DNA of 63,853 nt, the filler included, from Octopus bimaculoides (lineage: Eukaryota), in NCBI RefSeq assembly GCF_001194135.2. It is 8 parts of 6 records of this genome, joined end to end, with 100 filler letters (N's around TTAATTAATTAA, not from the genome) between each part and the next. Parts side by side here need not be neighbours in the genome. Positions count along the whole stretch, not along the records: positions 62,791 to 63,853 come from NC_069003.1; 7 more parts are not named here. One strand, 5' to 3'. Positions 63,831-63,853 of the stretch are shown piece after piece (the stretch's first letter is position 1; the number at the start of each line of letters is the position of its first letter). The position numbers and the translations under genes were made by a program. The notes below the pieces were generated by a model. It had not been told where the DNA came from and made no database searches. It saw nothing but the letters and a program-made list of their open reading frames with translations.

Positions 63831-63853
63831 TCCTACGCCTATGTGTATATATA

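Overview
Eukaryotic, AT-rich, microsatellite- and SINE-dense draft-assembly DNA with many N gaps. The SINE set, repeat density and gap style suggest an octopus (coleoid cephalopod) genome; this is inference, not a database result. The only securely identifiable protein gene is an intronless serum response factor (SRF, MADS-box) ORF on the minus strand (16822-18423). About 360 bp upstream of its ATG are two perfect CArG boxes 19 bp apart plus an E-box and a GC box, which suggests an autoregulatory promoter. About 7 kb further upstream, a divergent LTR-like segment carries a second compact CCAAT-CArG-E-box-TATA promoter. Between them is a tandem array built from a SINE head. Most of the remainder is transposon debris: Penelope-like, Tx1/L1-like, R4-like and RTE non-LTR elements, an internally deleted Gypsy element with both LTRs and a 5-bp TSD, two mariner relics, piggyBac-type MITEs and several tRNA-derived SINE families. 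A strongly CpG-depleted block (about 33-54 kb) preceded by an RFX X-box probably marks a methylated, unidentified plus-strand gene body; it contains candidate exons, a pre-miRNA-like hairpin and long inverted repeats. Almost all other listed ORFs are microsatellite or gap artefacts. Repeat boundaries were read by eye and are approximate unless termini are quoted.
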